Notes under the pieces: generated by a model
Told to the model about the DNA's origin: nothing
The model's database searches: none
The model's input: only the letters and a program-made list of their open reading frames with translations
Program-made: the position numbers and the translations under genes
Part shown: in pieces, positions 1 through 11,349 of the stretch
Layout: the number at the start of each line of letters is the position of its first letter
How positions within the stretch are numbered: the first letter of the stretch is position 1
Assembly (NCBI GenBank): GCA_964016885.1
Contig: OZ024741.1
Span: forward strand, 36,952,001 to 37,016,000
DNA length: 64,000 nucleotides
Direction of reading: 5' to 3'
Source: Eledone cirrhosa
Taxonomy: Eukaryota

Positions 1-147
1 ATAATCCTGCCACATTGTATGGTTCCAATTTGGTGGGTTGACCTAGCTCACTTACAGTTATTTTACTCGTGTGAATAATCAGTAAATTGATGAAAATAAC
101 TTAAGTGTTGTTGCTGTAATGATACTAACAATGATGATGATGATGCT

Positions 148-166
148 ATTATTATTATTATTATTA

Positions 167-215
<49 letters not shown>

Positions 216-221
216 CATCAT
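148..221. repeat. (ATT)n/(ATC)n microsatellite
   Basis: Direct tandem att run followed by atc. Confidence 0.95.
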
Positions 222-484
222 CGTTTTATGATCATTCTTAACATTATTGTTGTTGCTATTCTAGCAATAATAATAGTTATTATTATTTAAAATTTATTTT
301 TCTCTATAAAAAATACAAAAGAACATTTTTATTTTTCGGTTGAAAATTTGAATTTGGAAATATAAAACCTTATTTCCAATTGATTGGAAACTAATTCTGA
401 TGAATCAAAGTGTTGGGTTCATGACAGCTCCGGAACAAAAGATTCTATTGTTTAATTTTTCTAAGAATTTCATTGGTTCAAATC

Positions 485-850
485 AAATAAGCCAATAGAA
501 ATTCTCCACCCCCCACCTCCACCTCATTGCCTTATGTGTGTCTAGTTTCTTATTTATGGCAATTTAGATGGGGAGAGAACAGTGAAAGAAAAGAAAAGTG
601 GTTAGGGAATTCAATGGTGAATGAAGCTTTATTAGAGTATGGAGAAAAGAATGAGAATTGTATGAAGAAAGAGAATATAAAAAGAAGCTTGGAATATTTT
701 GGGGATCTAGAGATATTTGTCTCTTGTAAAATGTAAATTAGTGAGACTGAAATGGATAAATATCATAAAATGGGTTTGAGGAATATAAAGAAAAGCATTG
801 TTAAATAGAGTTCATTTATAACATTTCTAGTCATGAAATTGTGAAGAGTT
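485..850. repeat. Unclassified interspersed repeat, copy 1 (copy 2 split at 1865-2000 and 3190-3388)
   Basis: aaataa-ccaatagaaattc...attagagta recurs at 1865-2000; gaagaaagagaatataaaaagaag...aaatagagttcatttataa recurs at 3197-3360. Confidence 0.75.
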
Positions 851-1039
851 TTTAAATTAAAAGAAAAAAGGTAAACCTTCCTTGTAGGCGGCTCTGTCCA
901 CCATTTTACATCTCCAAGGGTAATTTATCAAATTTTCTTGACTATTATCTATATTAATGGACTGTTATTACAGTTATTTTCTACATTTGGGACTCTCACA
1001 TTCTCACATTTAAAATACATAATTGTGTGTGTATGTTGG

Positions 1040-1350
1040 ACTTCCATCGGTTCAAATGATAAATGTTTCAATTGTTTGAACAATGTAACAGCCTGCCCAT
1101 GAAATTAATGTGCAAGTGGCTGAGCATTCCACGAGCATATATACCCTTAATGTAGGTCTCAAAGAGATTCAGCGTGACACAGGGAAAGCCCTTTTGAATT
1201 ACAGGTAGAACTCCTTTTTTCTAGCTGAGTGGACTGGAGCAAGGTGAAATAAAGTGTTTTGCTCAAGGACACAATCCACCAACTGGGAATCGAACTCATG
1301 ACTTATTGATTGTGAGCCAAACACCCTAACCACTAAGACATGTGCCTTCA
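1040..1350 (-). mobile_element. tRNA-head SINE, family A (CORE/V-like centre)
   Basis: Reverse strand reads ...cttagtggttagg (A box)...gagttcgattccc (B box)...gtgtccttgagcaaaacacttt...gctccagtccactcagct; homologous to 43897-44195. Confidence 0.75.
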
Positions 1351-1429
1351 CAGATTACCGTTTACCAAAAGTAATGACTTTTTCTGTAGGTCTGGAGGCA
1401 GAAGCAGTGCCCATGGCTTTCAAAGACCT

Positions 1430-1785
1430 TCCATGACCTAAAGATTGATATTGTTGATGTTCTGTTTAAATTATTGCAGGTTCACTTCTTTTGAGAAAAA
1501 CATGAGCAGAGAGGGACTTCCAGATATCTGATGTTCTAGGTAGGAAGGGCTGGGCATAGCGGCTACTGTGAGACATGAAGGAGTGTGTAGACATAACATG
1601 GATGATGAGAGGAGGAGTGACAAGCGAGTGAGGAGTGCCTGAATGGAATTAGTAATACTTCAGCAAGTTTCAAGGAGCAGGGACCATTATCGTAACAGTT
1701 GAAGACATAGAGGGAGATGGCAACACATCTTTGAGCCAGAGGCTTAAGTGTGTCAGATAGTGATTTATGTCAACCAACCAGTTAT
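1430..1785 (-). mobile_element. Decayed CR1-like LINE ORF2 C-terminal fragment
   Basis: Minus-strand translation with stops/frameshifts: LSDTLKPLAQRCVAISLYVFNCYDNGPCSLKLA...SRYAQPFLPRTSDIWKSL, matching the LQPLSHRR...SFFPRT..WNSLP end of CR1-group ORF2. Confidence 0.6.
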
Positions 1786-2004
1786 ATGGTTAAAAAACAA
1801 CAACCCACAATACACCAACCCTTTCACAACAATATGCGTTTCTACAAAGTCAATTTAAATCTTAAATAAACCAATAGAAATTCGCTTCTGCCTCACTTGT
1901 GTCTAATTTCTTACTTACAGCAATTTAGACAGGGAGAGAACTCGGTAAGAAAAGAAAGGTGGGTTTGGGAAATTGGTGGTGAATGAAACTATTAGAGTAG
2001 GGTA

Positions 2005-2200
2005 TCATCATCATCATCATTAGCAATGTGTGTCTATTTCCCATGTATGCATGGGTATGAGGGGCTGTCTCACTCTGAGGCCAGACAGATCAGATGACCA
2101 TATCTTGCTTATATGTTTAATGGGGCTGCATGCATTTTATTGTAGAACCAGCAATAACATTACAGAGTGGACTGGGTCCATCTTATTGTGGCACCAGCAC
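2005..2200 (-). mobile_element. Decayed SINE with RTE-type (GAT)n tail
   Basis: (cat)n tail, ttcccatgtatgcatgg, acagagtggactgggt; similar to 6625-6870 and 45290-45545. Confidence 0.5.
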
Positions 2201-2335
2201 TACCATTTTACAACACATGGGTGCGCATTGTATCCTCAGCCAGACAGGGAAGGGGAAGAGATGGTGTAATCCCGCCATGGGGGGACAAAGAGGGAGTAAG
2301 CACCAGGTTGTGTAGGTGACCTATGCATATATATA

Positions 2336-2428
2336 TAATAATAATGAAAATATTGTGTACAGTGCTCAGGTGCACTACAACTCATCAAAAAGTGTATGTA
2401 TAGTACATAGGGTAATGTACAAATGTCA
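2336..2428 (-). mobile_element. 3' end of the CR1-like LINE seen at 3620-4322
   Basis: Reverse complement of ~4222-4312 (tgtacattaccctatgtactatacatacac...gtagtgcacctgagcactgtacacaatattttcattatta). Confidence 0.9.
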
Positions 2429-2629
2429 TATGTGTGCATACATATATATGCACACACATGCACACATATGTGTGCATACATATATATGCACACATATGTG
2501 TACATACATATACATGCACACACTTACTCACATGTATGCATACATATATATGTGCTCACACACACACACGTGTGCATCACCATTTCCCTTGTAACAACTA
2601 ATGACTATACTGCTACTTCAGTCATTGGG

Positions 2630-2900
2630 TATGACCTCATATATATAGAGTAATGTAAGCACACTTTTCCTCATCAACGTCCTGATTCACACTGACACAT
2701 AGCTTTGTAATGCAGAAGACCTCATGCATCTGGTCTTCATATTGCAGGATATTGGCAAACCCCTTGCTTTCAGCTCCTTCGCATATTATGTATACATGTC
2801 ATTTAGCTTCTCTTTTAGCAGCCTGGTGTTCATCTTTGCTGCCTCTATTTTCATACCAGCAATAACAACCAACATTGCTTGGGAAACAGATGACTCATTT
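2630..2900 (-). mobile_element. Decayed RTE-clade LINE fragment (EN-RT linker)
   Basis: Minus translation: GSKDEHQAAKREAK*HVY...FANILQYEDQMHEVFCITKLCVSVNQDVDEEKC; paralogous to 4760-4945. Confidence 0.65.
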
Positions 2901-2958
2901 GAAAGACAATTTCTTGGAAAATAATTGCACCTCTGCAAAATTATTTGCAACAAGATTA

Positions 2959-2960
<2 letters not shown>

Positions 2961-3043
<83 letters not shown>
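2961..3043. repeat. (GT)n microsatellite
   Basis: Pure GT run. Confidence 0.99.
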
Positions 3044-3044
<1 letters not shown>

Positions 3045-3425
3045 ATGAAGATACTTGTATGTGTACATGTGTGTCTGTCCATGTCTGTATTCTTGCTTTT
3101 GTCCCATAATGTAGTTCAACAAACAGAGATGAATAAAATGAGAAATAGATTGAAATAAATACTGGGATCGATATGATTGTGAAATTTAAGCTGTTGTGAA
3201 GAAAGAAAATGTAAAAAGAAGTTTAGAATATTTTGGGAATTTAGAGATATTTGTCTCCTACAAAATATAAATTAGCAAGACTGAAAAAGATAAATATCAT
3301 AAAATGGGTTTGAAGAATATAAAGAAAAAAAGCATTGTTAAATAGAGTTCATTTATAAGATTTTATAGTCATTAAATTGAAGAGAGATCTTACATTGAAC
3401 ATTCTTTTTTAGCATAGCTCTTTTG

Positions 3426-3618
3426 TTAAGGAGTTAAAGAGTTCACTTCGTAACTACATGGTTTTGGGGTTCAGTTCCCTTGTATGGCACCTTGATCAAG
3501 TGTTTCTATTATAGCTTTTGGTTGACAAGCTATAATAGAAACACTTGATCAAGGTGCCGTACAAGGGAACTGAACCCCAAAACCATGTAGTTACGAAGTG
3601 AACTCTTTTACTCCTTAA
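3426..3618. repeat. 92-bp-arm inverted repeat with 9-nt spacer; left arm is the head of a family C SINE whose remainder resumes at ~4516
   Basis: 3426-3517 is the reverse complement of 3527-3618 with 2 mismatches; spacer ttggttgac. Confidence 0.95.
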
Positions 3619-3619
3619 A

Positions 3620-4322
3620 ACAAATTGTCAAGAAGGCCGAGGGTGTCTTGGCATCACTCAGCAAGACCTTTGTTAGCCGCTCTCCAGCCATCTATTTAAA
3701 GCTGTATACAGCTATGGTACGACCACACTTGGAATTCGCATCATCAGTCTGGAACCCCTATCTTGCTCAGAACATTGACCTCCTGGAAACTGTTCAGAGA
3801 CGTGCAACCAAGCGCATACCCTCCATCAGACACCTACCATACTCTGAACACCTTGCTTCCCTGGGCATGGATTCATTGAAGCTCCGACGTCTGGCAATGG
3901 ACTTGGTAAACACCCACAAAGTTATTAACCATCTCGCCAACAACAACCCTGAGCACCTTTTTGATCTCCATGTGTCTAAGACGTGGACATGCCTACAAAG
4001 TCAGAAAACAGCACAGCTCCCATGACTTTCGGAAACATTTTTACACGCTTAGAGTTGCTGAAGCATGGAACAAACTGCCTGTGTCAGTTGTTAGCTGCCG
4101 AGACACTGCATCCTTTAAAACCCTCATGCTTCCCGATATTCGCCAAAACTACACCTGATGTCCCCCTTCCATACACATGCACACATATGTATATCATGAC
4201 TCATGCACTGTTCATTTTCCTGACGTTTGTACATTACCCTATGTACTATACATACACTTTTGATGAGTTGTAGTGCACCTGAGCACTGTACACAATATTT
4301 TCATTATTATTATTCATTATTA
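3620..4322 (+). mobile_element. 5'-truncated CR1-clade LINE (ORF2 C-terminus, 3'UTR, (TTA)n tail)
   Basis: LYTAMVRPHLEFASSVWNPY...LETVQRRATK...RRLAMDL; frameshift; RGHAYKVRK...RKHFYTLRVAEAWNKLP; attattatt tail. Confidence 0.92.
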
Positions 4323-4323
4323 T

Positions 4324-4513
4324 GTGGATTGGCAGTATCGGTAGAGGGTCAGACGCTATGCTTTCCAGCATAGTTACGTCCCTTTACGATCTGAGTTCAA
4401 ATCCCGCCGAGGTTGACTTTGCCTTTCATCCTTACGGGGTCGATAAAATAAAGTACCAGTAATGCACTGGGTAATTGCTGGCCTTGTGCCTAAAGTAGAA
4501 ACAATTATTATTA
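4324..4513 (+). mobile_element. tRNA-head SINE, family B
   Basis: tggcagtatcgg (A box), gagttcaaatccc (B box), central gcctttcatccttacggggtcgataaaataaagtaccag, tail gctggccttgtgcc...attatta; more than 10 copies in the window. Confidence 0.9.
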
Positions 4514-4515
4514 TA

Positions 4516-4560
4516 AAATGCCTTGTGAGTGAAATTTGGTAGATGGAAACTACAGTAGCT

Positions 4561-4600
<40 letters not shown>
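4516..4600 (+). mobile_element. 3' half of the family C SINE interrupted at 3526, with (TA)n tail
   Basis: gccttgtgagtgaaatttggtagatggaaact then (TA)n; expected continuation of ...tatagcttttggttgac as I recall this family (inference). Confidence 0.6.
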
Positions 4601-4604
<4 letters not shown>

Positions 4605-4759
4605 ATTTAACATCTGTTTTCCTTGATAGCAAGGGTTGGATGGGTTGTCACAGACTGAACCAGTATTCAAACAGAGCTACTCACTGCACAGACAGGCCAA
4701 GGACCTGTATCTTGCCCACATATGTTCCTATACTCTACCAAGTTGGGAGTAGTTTCTCT

Positions 4760-4940
4760 TCCTTCCATTCATTCTCTCATAGTAACAATTCCAAGCCTCC
4801 TTCTTTTGAGCGTCAGTGGTGCTAAGTGCACCAGAGTCATTTCTAACACAGTTTCGTCAACAACATCTTGATTTACACTGACACACTGCCTTTCAATGCG
4901 AAACACTTCACATCTCTGGTCTTCATGTTTCAAGACATTG

Positions 4941-4945
<5 letters not shown>
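4760..4945 (-). mobile_element. Decayed RTE-clade LINE fragment
   Basis: Minus translation: ANVLKHEDQRCEVFRIERQCVSVNQDVVDE/CVRNDSGALSTTDAQKKEAWNCYYER. Confidence 0.7.
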
Positions 4946-5005
<60 letters not shown>

Positions 5006-5057
5006 TGAGTGAGTGAGTGAGTGAGTGAAAGAGAGAGAGTGAGTGAGAGAGAGAGTG
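4945..5057. repeat. (GT)n(GAGT)n(GA)n compound microsatellite
   Basis: Direct reading. Confidence 0.95.
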
Positions 5058-5229
5058 GTGATGCTGTCAAATTTTTTAAAAACCTATGCTGTACAAAAAA
5101 AAATATTTATCCTTAAATTATAAATGAATAAATACTCCATTGTTGGAGTTTCAGTATTTGTTAAATTTTTTTCAATTTATATATAATTATGTATTATATA
5201 TATTATTTATGTTATAACTAAAACAGGAA

Positions 5230-5445
5230 AATCGTCAGATACCAGGTCTGACCGACCGCTTCCTCTTTGCACTGGTCTCTGTTGAGACCTCTGCCGTCAT
5301 TGGTCCCTGCACCACTGATTTTCTCTGTAAAGTCAGAAAGATGGTGGTCTGCTTGAGGAGGGAGCCCTGTGAGGTGGGGTGGCCATTGTAACAGGTGTCT
5401 CTGGCCATTCTCTGTGGTAACGCTTTTGCTATTTTGTCTGTGAGG
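5230..5445 (+). mobile_element. Divergent CRE-like (RLE) non-LTR retrotransposon C-terminal fragment
   Basis: RFLFALVSVETSAVIGPCTTDFL...EPCEVGWPL*QVSLAILCGNAFAIL resembles F.P.A.ET.G..G...LS.AI.RGNA of the copies at 11.3-14.4 kb. Confidence 0.6.
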
Positions 5446-5557
5446 TGCAGCTATGGCTCCACTCAGACTGGGACGTAGTTACTGTCCCCCCTCCTTCCCT
5501 TTTTTTTTTGTCGCTTGATTCTTCTTTTTTTTTCTCCTTTTCATTTTTTTTTTCTTT

Positions 5558-6010
5558 GGGAGGTGGATTGACAAAATCGGTAGAGCGTCAGACACCATGC
5601 TTTGCAGCACAGAGTTATGACTCTTTACGTTCTAACTTCAAATCCTGCTGAGGTTAGCTTTGTTTTTCATCCTTATAGAGTCGATTAAATAAAGTACCAG
5701 TAATTTACTGGGGTCGATTATTTTATATATACTATTATATTTTCATGGTAAAGGCTTTACCTCACATAATATCTCACATAATATCGAATATATGAGATTT
5801 TGAAAGTATTTATTTTGAGAACAATACGTTAACATCAGTTTGAGTGGCCAGTTACAGCCAGTTTCAAGAGAAAGAGGTAGAGAATTCTGGCCGGTTTTGG
5901 CCAGTTTGAACATTAAAGGGTTAAATAAAGTAACAGTAATTTACTGGGATCGATTTAATCGACCCCCCCCCCCCCCCCCGAAAGTTGCTGGCCTTGTGCC
6001 TAAATCAGAA
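5558..6010 (+). mobile_element. Family B SINE interrupted by a ~200-bp insert ending in a piggyBac-like terminus (AGGG|TTAA, 5917-5924)
   Basis: SINE head 5558-5719; ttaaataaagta(c/a)cagtaatttactggg repeated at 5685 and 5921; SINE tail follows. Confidence 0.7.
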
Positions 6011-6098
6011 AGCCTTTTCTTTTTCCCTTTTCCTTTCCCTTTATTAGTATTATTATTCCCTTTATTAGATATTGCTTGATTATTATTATATAATGTTA

Positions 6099-6295
6099 GG
6101 GTGGTGGTTTGGCAGAATCGGTAGAGGGTCAGACAACAGGCTTTGCAGCACAGAGTTACACCCCTTTCTGATCTGAGTTCAAATCCTGCCGAGGTTAACT
6201 TTGCCTTTCATCCTTACAGGGTTGATAAATTAAAGTACCAGTAATGCACTGGGATAATTGCTGGCCTTGTGCCCAAAGTAGAAACAATTATTATA
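6099..6295 (+). mobile_element. Family B SINE
   Basis: Full-length match to 4324-4513. Confidence 0.9.
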
Positions 6296-6624
6296 TAATG
6301 TTAATGTCCTTTCATGACATTGTGAGATTTTGTATATTGAATAAATTATAGTAGTAAAACACTTCAAATGTCATTGATCTTTAATACTTGATGGTTGTTT
6401 CTAATTATACCCTGGAATTTCCATAGTGTCAGTCAGTATAGAGAAAAGTATTTCACATCAGTTTTTTCCCCTCAACGTTGCTATGTATTGGATGGGTTGT
6501 TATAGACCATGTCAGCACTGACATCCAAGACCAGGTCAGAGACCAGATGCCCATCATATAGCCAGCCACAAACTATTTATTCCTTTGTTGCTATTCTGTC
6601 TGTTGAATTAGCTGTGATATATCC

Positions 6625-6880
6625 ATCATCATCGTCATCACCATTTAATGTCCATTTTTCCATGTTAGCATGAGATATACGAGTTGTCCAGTTGTGAAAC
6701 TAGCCAGATCAAATGACTCTGTTATGCTCAAAACAGAACAGTTTCTGGGTTGGTTTTTAACACCAACCACATTTACAGAGTGTACTGGGTGCTTTTTATC
6801 ATGGCATCAAAATAACCACTTTACAGTGTGGGCTGCACACCTTTTGTTGTGACACCTACAAGACCACTTTACAGTGTGGA
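6625..6880 (-). mobile_element. Decayed SINE with RTE-type tail
   Basis: catcatcatc...tttaatgtccatttttccatgttagcatg and tttacagagtgtactgggtgc. Confidence 0.55.
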
Positions 6881-7159
6881 CTGGGGTGGAGGAAGGGCAT
6901 GGGGATTGGAGAGGTAGATCTAGGGTGGGATGTTAGGATGTGGGGGATGTGTGGAAGTGGGGATGGAGGGGAAGGTAGAAGAAAGTGGTGCATACTAGAT
7001 GTATGCTTCCACCGCTTAAATACTCACAGTGAAACTAAATATATGTTTATTATACATAATCATATTGTATATATATTGGTTCATATATGACTTTATTTTG
7101 AATATTACTGGGTTAGTGTTGCCATTAAGCTGCAAGAACCATTCTAATTTCTAGGACTT

Positions 7160-7502
7160 CAACAAGACTACTACAACATCTACTACCACCATCTCACCTG
7201 AAGCTAACAACCACACTACCACTACCACCACCATCTCACATGAAGCTAACAACAACAACACTACCACTACTACCACCATTGTCATTACTATTAATGTCAA
7301 CTTCACCAATACTACCATCAACTTTAACATCATCCCCATCAGCACCACACCACCTTCAATATTAGCATCAGCACCACACCACCAACAACTTCAGAATCAG
7401 CACCAACAATAATTTCAATATCCTTACCATCAACACCACCACCAGCAACTTCAACAACAGCAACAACTTCAACATCACCACCATCAACTTCATCACCACC
7501 AT

Positions 7503-7533
<31 letters not shown>

Positions 7534-8070
7534 CTCAATATCATCAACACCACCACTATCACTACTATCAATACCACCACCACCACCCACAACTTCAATA
7601 TATCACCGCCACCACCATCACCACCACCACCACCACCACCACCACCACCACCACCATCAATACCACCACCACCACCACCAACTTCAACATCACTACCATC
7701 AATACCACCACCACCGCCAACTTCAACATCACTACCATCAATACCACCACCACCACCACCACGCACAACTTCAATATCACCACCACCACCACCACCACCA
7801 CTATCATCAATACCACCACCACCACCACCACCACCACCACCACCACCACTACCATCAATATCACCACCACTGCCAACTTCAACATCACTACCATCAATAC
7901 CACCACCACCACCACCATAACCACTACCATCAATACCACCACCACCACCACCACCACCACCACCACCACTACTACCATCAACACCACCATCACCACCACC
8001 ACTATCATCAACACCACCACCACCATCAATACCACCACCACCACCACCGCCACCATCATCACCACCACCA
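7160..8070. repeat. Degenerate (ACC/AAC/ATC)n low-complexity tract with aacttcaacatcactaccatcaat subunits
   Basis: Trinucleotide-derived; reading phase shifts several times. Confidence 0.85.
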
Positions 8071-8383
8071 TATTTGATACATAGCTGGAGAGGTGTGAGT
8101 GGTGGTGTAGAGGGTTGAGTAGACATTTGTCCCAGTGTCAAATCTTGGAATGTTGGTCAGAACAATCTAGAGAATTCTGATTATTTTAATGAGTTTTAAT
8201 TACCACAATCTCAATTACAGCAACACACACAGCTGGCTGTTGCTGTTTAGCCCTAAGTAGGTCTTGATCAAGTAGAACTATAATCAGAAGCATTCCAGTC
8301 ATGGCCATGCCATTTGTTATTCAGCTGAGATTGTTCTGTGATGGAAATGTGCAAAAGAAAAATCAGAAAACTAAAATCTCAGC

Positions 8384-8530
8384 CTATTTATATATAAATT
8401 TGAGCGATTTTCGTCCGTCCGTCCGTGTGTGCTTGTGTGTATTTGTGAATGTATATGTGTAAAAGGAAGGAAAGGGGTGGTGAAAAAACTGTAGCAAAAC
8501 AGCGGTTGGCGTTCCATTTGTTACGCTATG
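8384..8530 (+). mobile_element. Possible Helitron/DINE-1-like non-autonomous end
   Basis: cctatttatatataaa followed by (GTCC)3 and GT-rich sequence, a layout typical of these elements; other terminus not found. Confidence 0.3.
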
Positions 8531-8907
8531 TGTGAGTGTATGTGTGTTTTTATGTGAATGTATGCGTCTGTGTGTTTGTGTGAATGTGTGCGTGTGTTTG
8601 TGTGAATGTATGTGTATGTTTGTGTGAATGTATGTGTATGTTTGTGTGAATGTATCTGTATTTGTGTGAATGTATGTCTGAGTATGTATTTTTGTAAGTG
8701 TGTCTGTGTTTGCGCGTTTATATTTATATACTCATACATAATAGTGTATACATATGCACATACACATACGCACACGCATATACACATACACATCAGCGTG
8801 TTGAAATAAATCCTAGTTAAATAAAAATCAAGGTAAACTATGTACAAATTAAAATCTCTACACTACGAAAGGTAACATTACAACATAGAACAAATAACAC
8901 AAATAAT

Positions 8908-9712
8908 CCAACATTGTTTCTACTTTTGGCACAAGGCCAGCAATTTAAAGGGAAGGAGAAAGTCGATTAAACTGACCCCAGTGTATTACTGGCACTTTAT
9001 TTTATTGACCTCGTAAGGATGGAAAGCAAAGCTAACCTCAGTGGTATTTGAACTCAGAACGCAAAGGGACGTAACTTTATGCCACAAATCATGTTGTCCG
9101 ACGCTCTACCGATACTGCCAATCCACTGCCATTAGTAATTGTTTCTACTTGGCACAAGGCCAGCAATTTGAAGGGAAGAGGAAAGTCGATTAAATCTCCC
9201 CAGTACATTACTGGTGCTTTATTTTATCAACCCTGTATGGATGGAAATCAAAGTTAACCTCTGTGGGATTTGAACTCAGAATGTAGAGAATCGTAGCTAA
9301 ATACTGCAAATCATTAAATCTCCCCAGTACATTACTGGTGCTTTATTTTATCAACCCTGTATGGATGGAAATCAAAGTTAACCTCTGTGGGATTTGAACT
9401 CAGAATGTAGAGAATCGTAGCTAAATACTGCAAATCATTTTGTCCGACATTCTAACGAAACTGCCAATCCACTGCTACAATGAAAGTAATGTAATGTGTG
9501 TCAATATTGGTTTCTTATATAGGCACAAGGCCAGTAATTTGGGGGGGGGGGGGTCGATTAAATCGAACCCAGTGCGTGACTGGTACTTTATTTTATCGAC
9601 CCCGCAAGTATGAAAGGCAAAGTTAACCTCGGCGGGATTTGAACTCAGATCATAAAGGGCCGTAACTCTATGTTACGTCCGACCCTCTGCCGCTACTGCC
9701 AATCCACCGCCC
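8908..9712 (-). mobile_element. Three head-to-tail family B SINEs (about 8908-9130, 9135-9475, 9505-9712)
   Basis: Each has ttgtttctac...ggcacaaggccag...gatttgaactcag...ctgccaatccac; the middle copy has a 124-bp internal duplication. Confidence 0.9.
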
Positions 9713-9734
9713 TTGTGTGTGTAAATATTAATAA

Positions 9735-10800
9735 GCTACTATACCTAGCTCTCATTGATCTAGAAAAGGCCTTTGACACAGAGTACCTCGATCTATTATC
9801 TAGTGGTCCTTAAGGAAAGTAGGTGTAGAGGAATGGCTGGAGAGAGCAGTGTAAGCCATGTATACAGAGGAGCTGTCGGCAAAGAGATAGTAAGAAGTGA
9901 GTTTAATGAGGAATTTAAGGTACATGTAGGAGTTCATCAGGGTTCAGTTCTTAGCCCTCTACTATTCATTTGAGTTATCCAGGCCATAACAGAAGAGTTT
10001 AAAACTGGCTGTCCATGGGAACTTCTCTATGCAAATGATCTAGTCCTTATAGATGAATCCACAAAAGAACTAGGGAATAAGTTCAGATTATGGAAACAGA
10101 ATTTGGAATCAAAAGGTCTGAGAGTAAACTTAGTCAAATCTAAAGTGCTAGTAAGTAGGAAAGAAGATAGGACCATGATTCTCTTAACGGACTGGCCCTG
10201 CTCAATATGTAGAAAGGGAGTAGGCATAAACACTATATGATGTACATAATGTAAATATCTTGAATAGACAAGAGATGTGGGATAACGGGTAGATCAACTG
10301 GAAGGGAAGGCTTTGTATGTAGATGAACGGAGGTAACCAAGGGGGAGAGAACCAGTGATGTAAGCCTATTCCAGTCACAGGTAAGACCCATAGAAGTGGT
10401 TGATAGCATCTACTATCTAGGTGACTTAATCATCAGTGAAGGGTGTGTGTGCTCTGAGAGCATAATAGCTTGAATAAGAATAAGATGGAAGAAGTTTAGA
10501 GAGCTACTGCCACTGCTGACAACAAAGGGTTTCTCCCTATGTACAAAAGGACTGCATGATGCCTGTGTGTGGAGTGTGATGCTGCATTGTAGTGAAACAT
10601 GGGCAGTGACTGCAGAAGACATGCATAGACTGGAGAGAAATGAAGTAACCATGCTTCGTTGGATGTACAACGTAAATGTACTGAGACTCACAGATGAGAT
10701 GACGAAGAAATGTGGCGAGTGGAGAGATGCTGTGCTGAAAGGACCCGTCCAATCCATGCAAGCATGGAAAAACGGACGTAAAAACGATGACGATGACACT
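9735..10800 (+). mobile_element. Decayed, 5'-truncated RTE-clade LINE (RT domain to 3' tail)
   Basis: IDLEKAFD; GVHQGSVLSPLLFI; LLYANDLVL (YADD decayed); YLGDLI; WKKFRELLPLLT; SETWAV...MLRWM; tail ccatgcaagcatggaaaaacggacgt...gatgacgatgac. Confidence 0.92.
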
Positions 10801-11349
10801 CTTACCATCCTCCTTCCAAAGCATGACCAAATTTAAAAAAAGTAATTTCACATACACACCCCCTCTCTTACGGTTTCTTTTTCATTAAGATGTAAAATTG
10901 AAAAATATAAGAATTCAACGTTTGTTGCTGCCACCACTCTCCCTTTTGCAAACATACTTTTACCATCCCCTTTCCTCAGTGTGACCTACTTTTTACACCA
11001 CGTATAATCTATTATATTTAGGCTCGAAACTCTCAATGGAGTTGTATGGGCTCCATATCGACATACGGCGTTTCTAGGGCATTTTGAAACCGGGCGGAGT
11101 TCATCACTCACTCTCCAGGTACAAACAGCAGATTTCTTCCAGAGAAAGATAGAGAGTGAGAGAGAGAATAAGTGAGAAAGAGATATAAAGGAAGAATCAA
11201 CCCCACTAATTTTTTTTATCGACCTTAAATGGATGAAAAACAAAGTTGACCAGAACTGTTACAGTGACTAGATCATAAACAGGTCAGCGAACATTTTGAC
11301 GCCAAGAAATAAATGATATTTAAAGCAAAATTAACGGTTTTGTTTTTAG

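Noticed and set aside
396-445. CTGATGA motif as a hammerhead core
   Set aside because: No GAAA with supporting stems downstream.
2236-3158. Short ORFs rich in HT/CV/YI (also 8521-8847, 40409-40807, 43998-45266)
   Set aside because: Translations of dinucleotide or trinucleotide microsatellites.
4324-4420. tRNA gene
   Set aside because: A/B boxes belong to a multi-copy SINE head; no cloverleaf.
7154-8100. Thr/Asn-rich mucin-like exon (acceptor-like ttctaatttctag at ~7153, gtgagt at ~8095, many N-x-T sequons)
   Set aside because: The Thr-rich phase needs about three frameshifts and no partner exons were found; best read as degenerate microsatellite unless RNA-seq shows splicing.
11060-11115. 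Possible minus-strand hammerhead (GUGAUGA...GAAACGCCGUA)
   Set aside because: First core base is wrong and I could not form convincing stems I or II.
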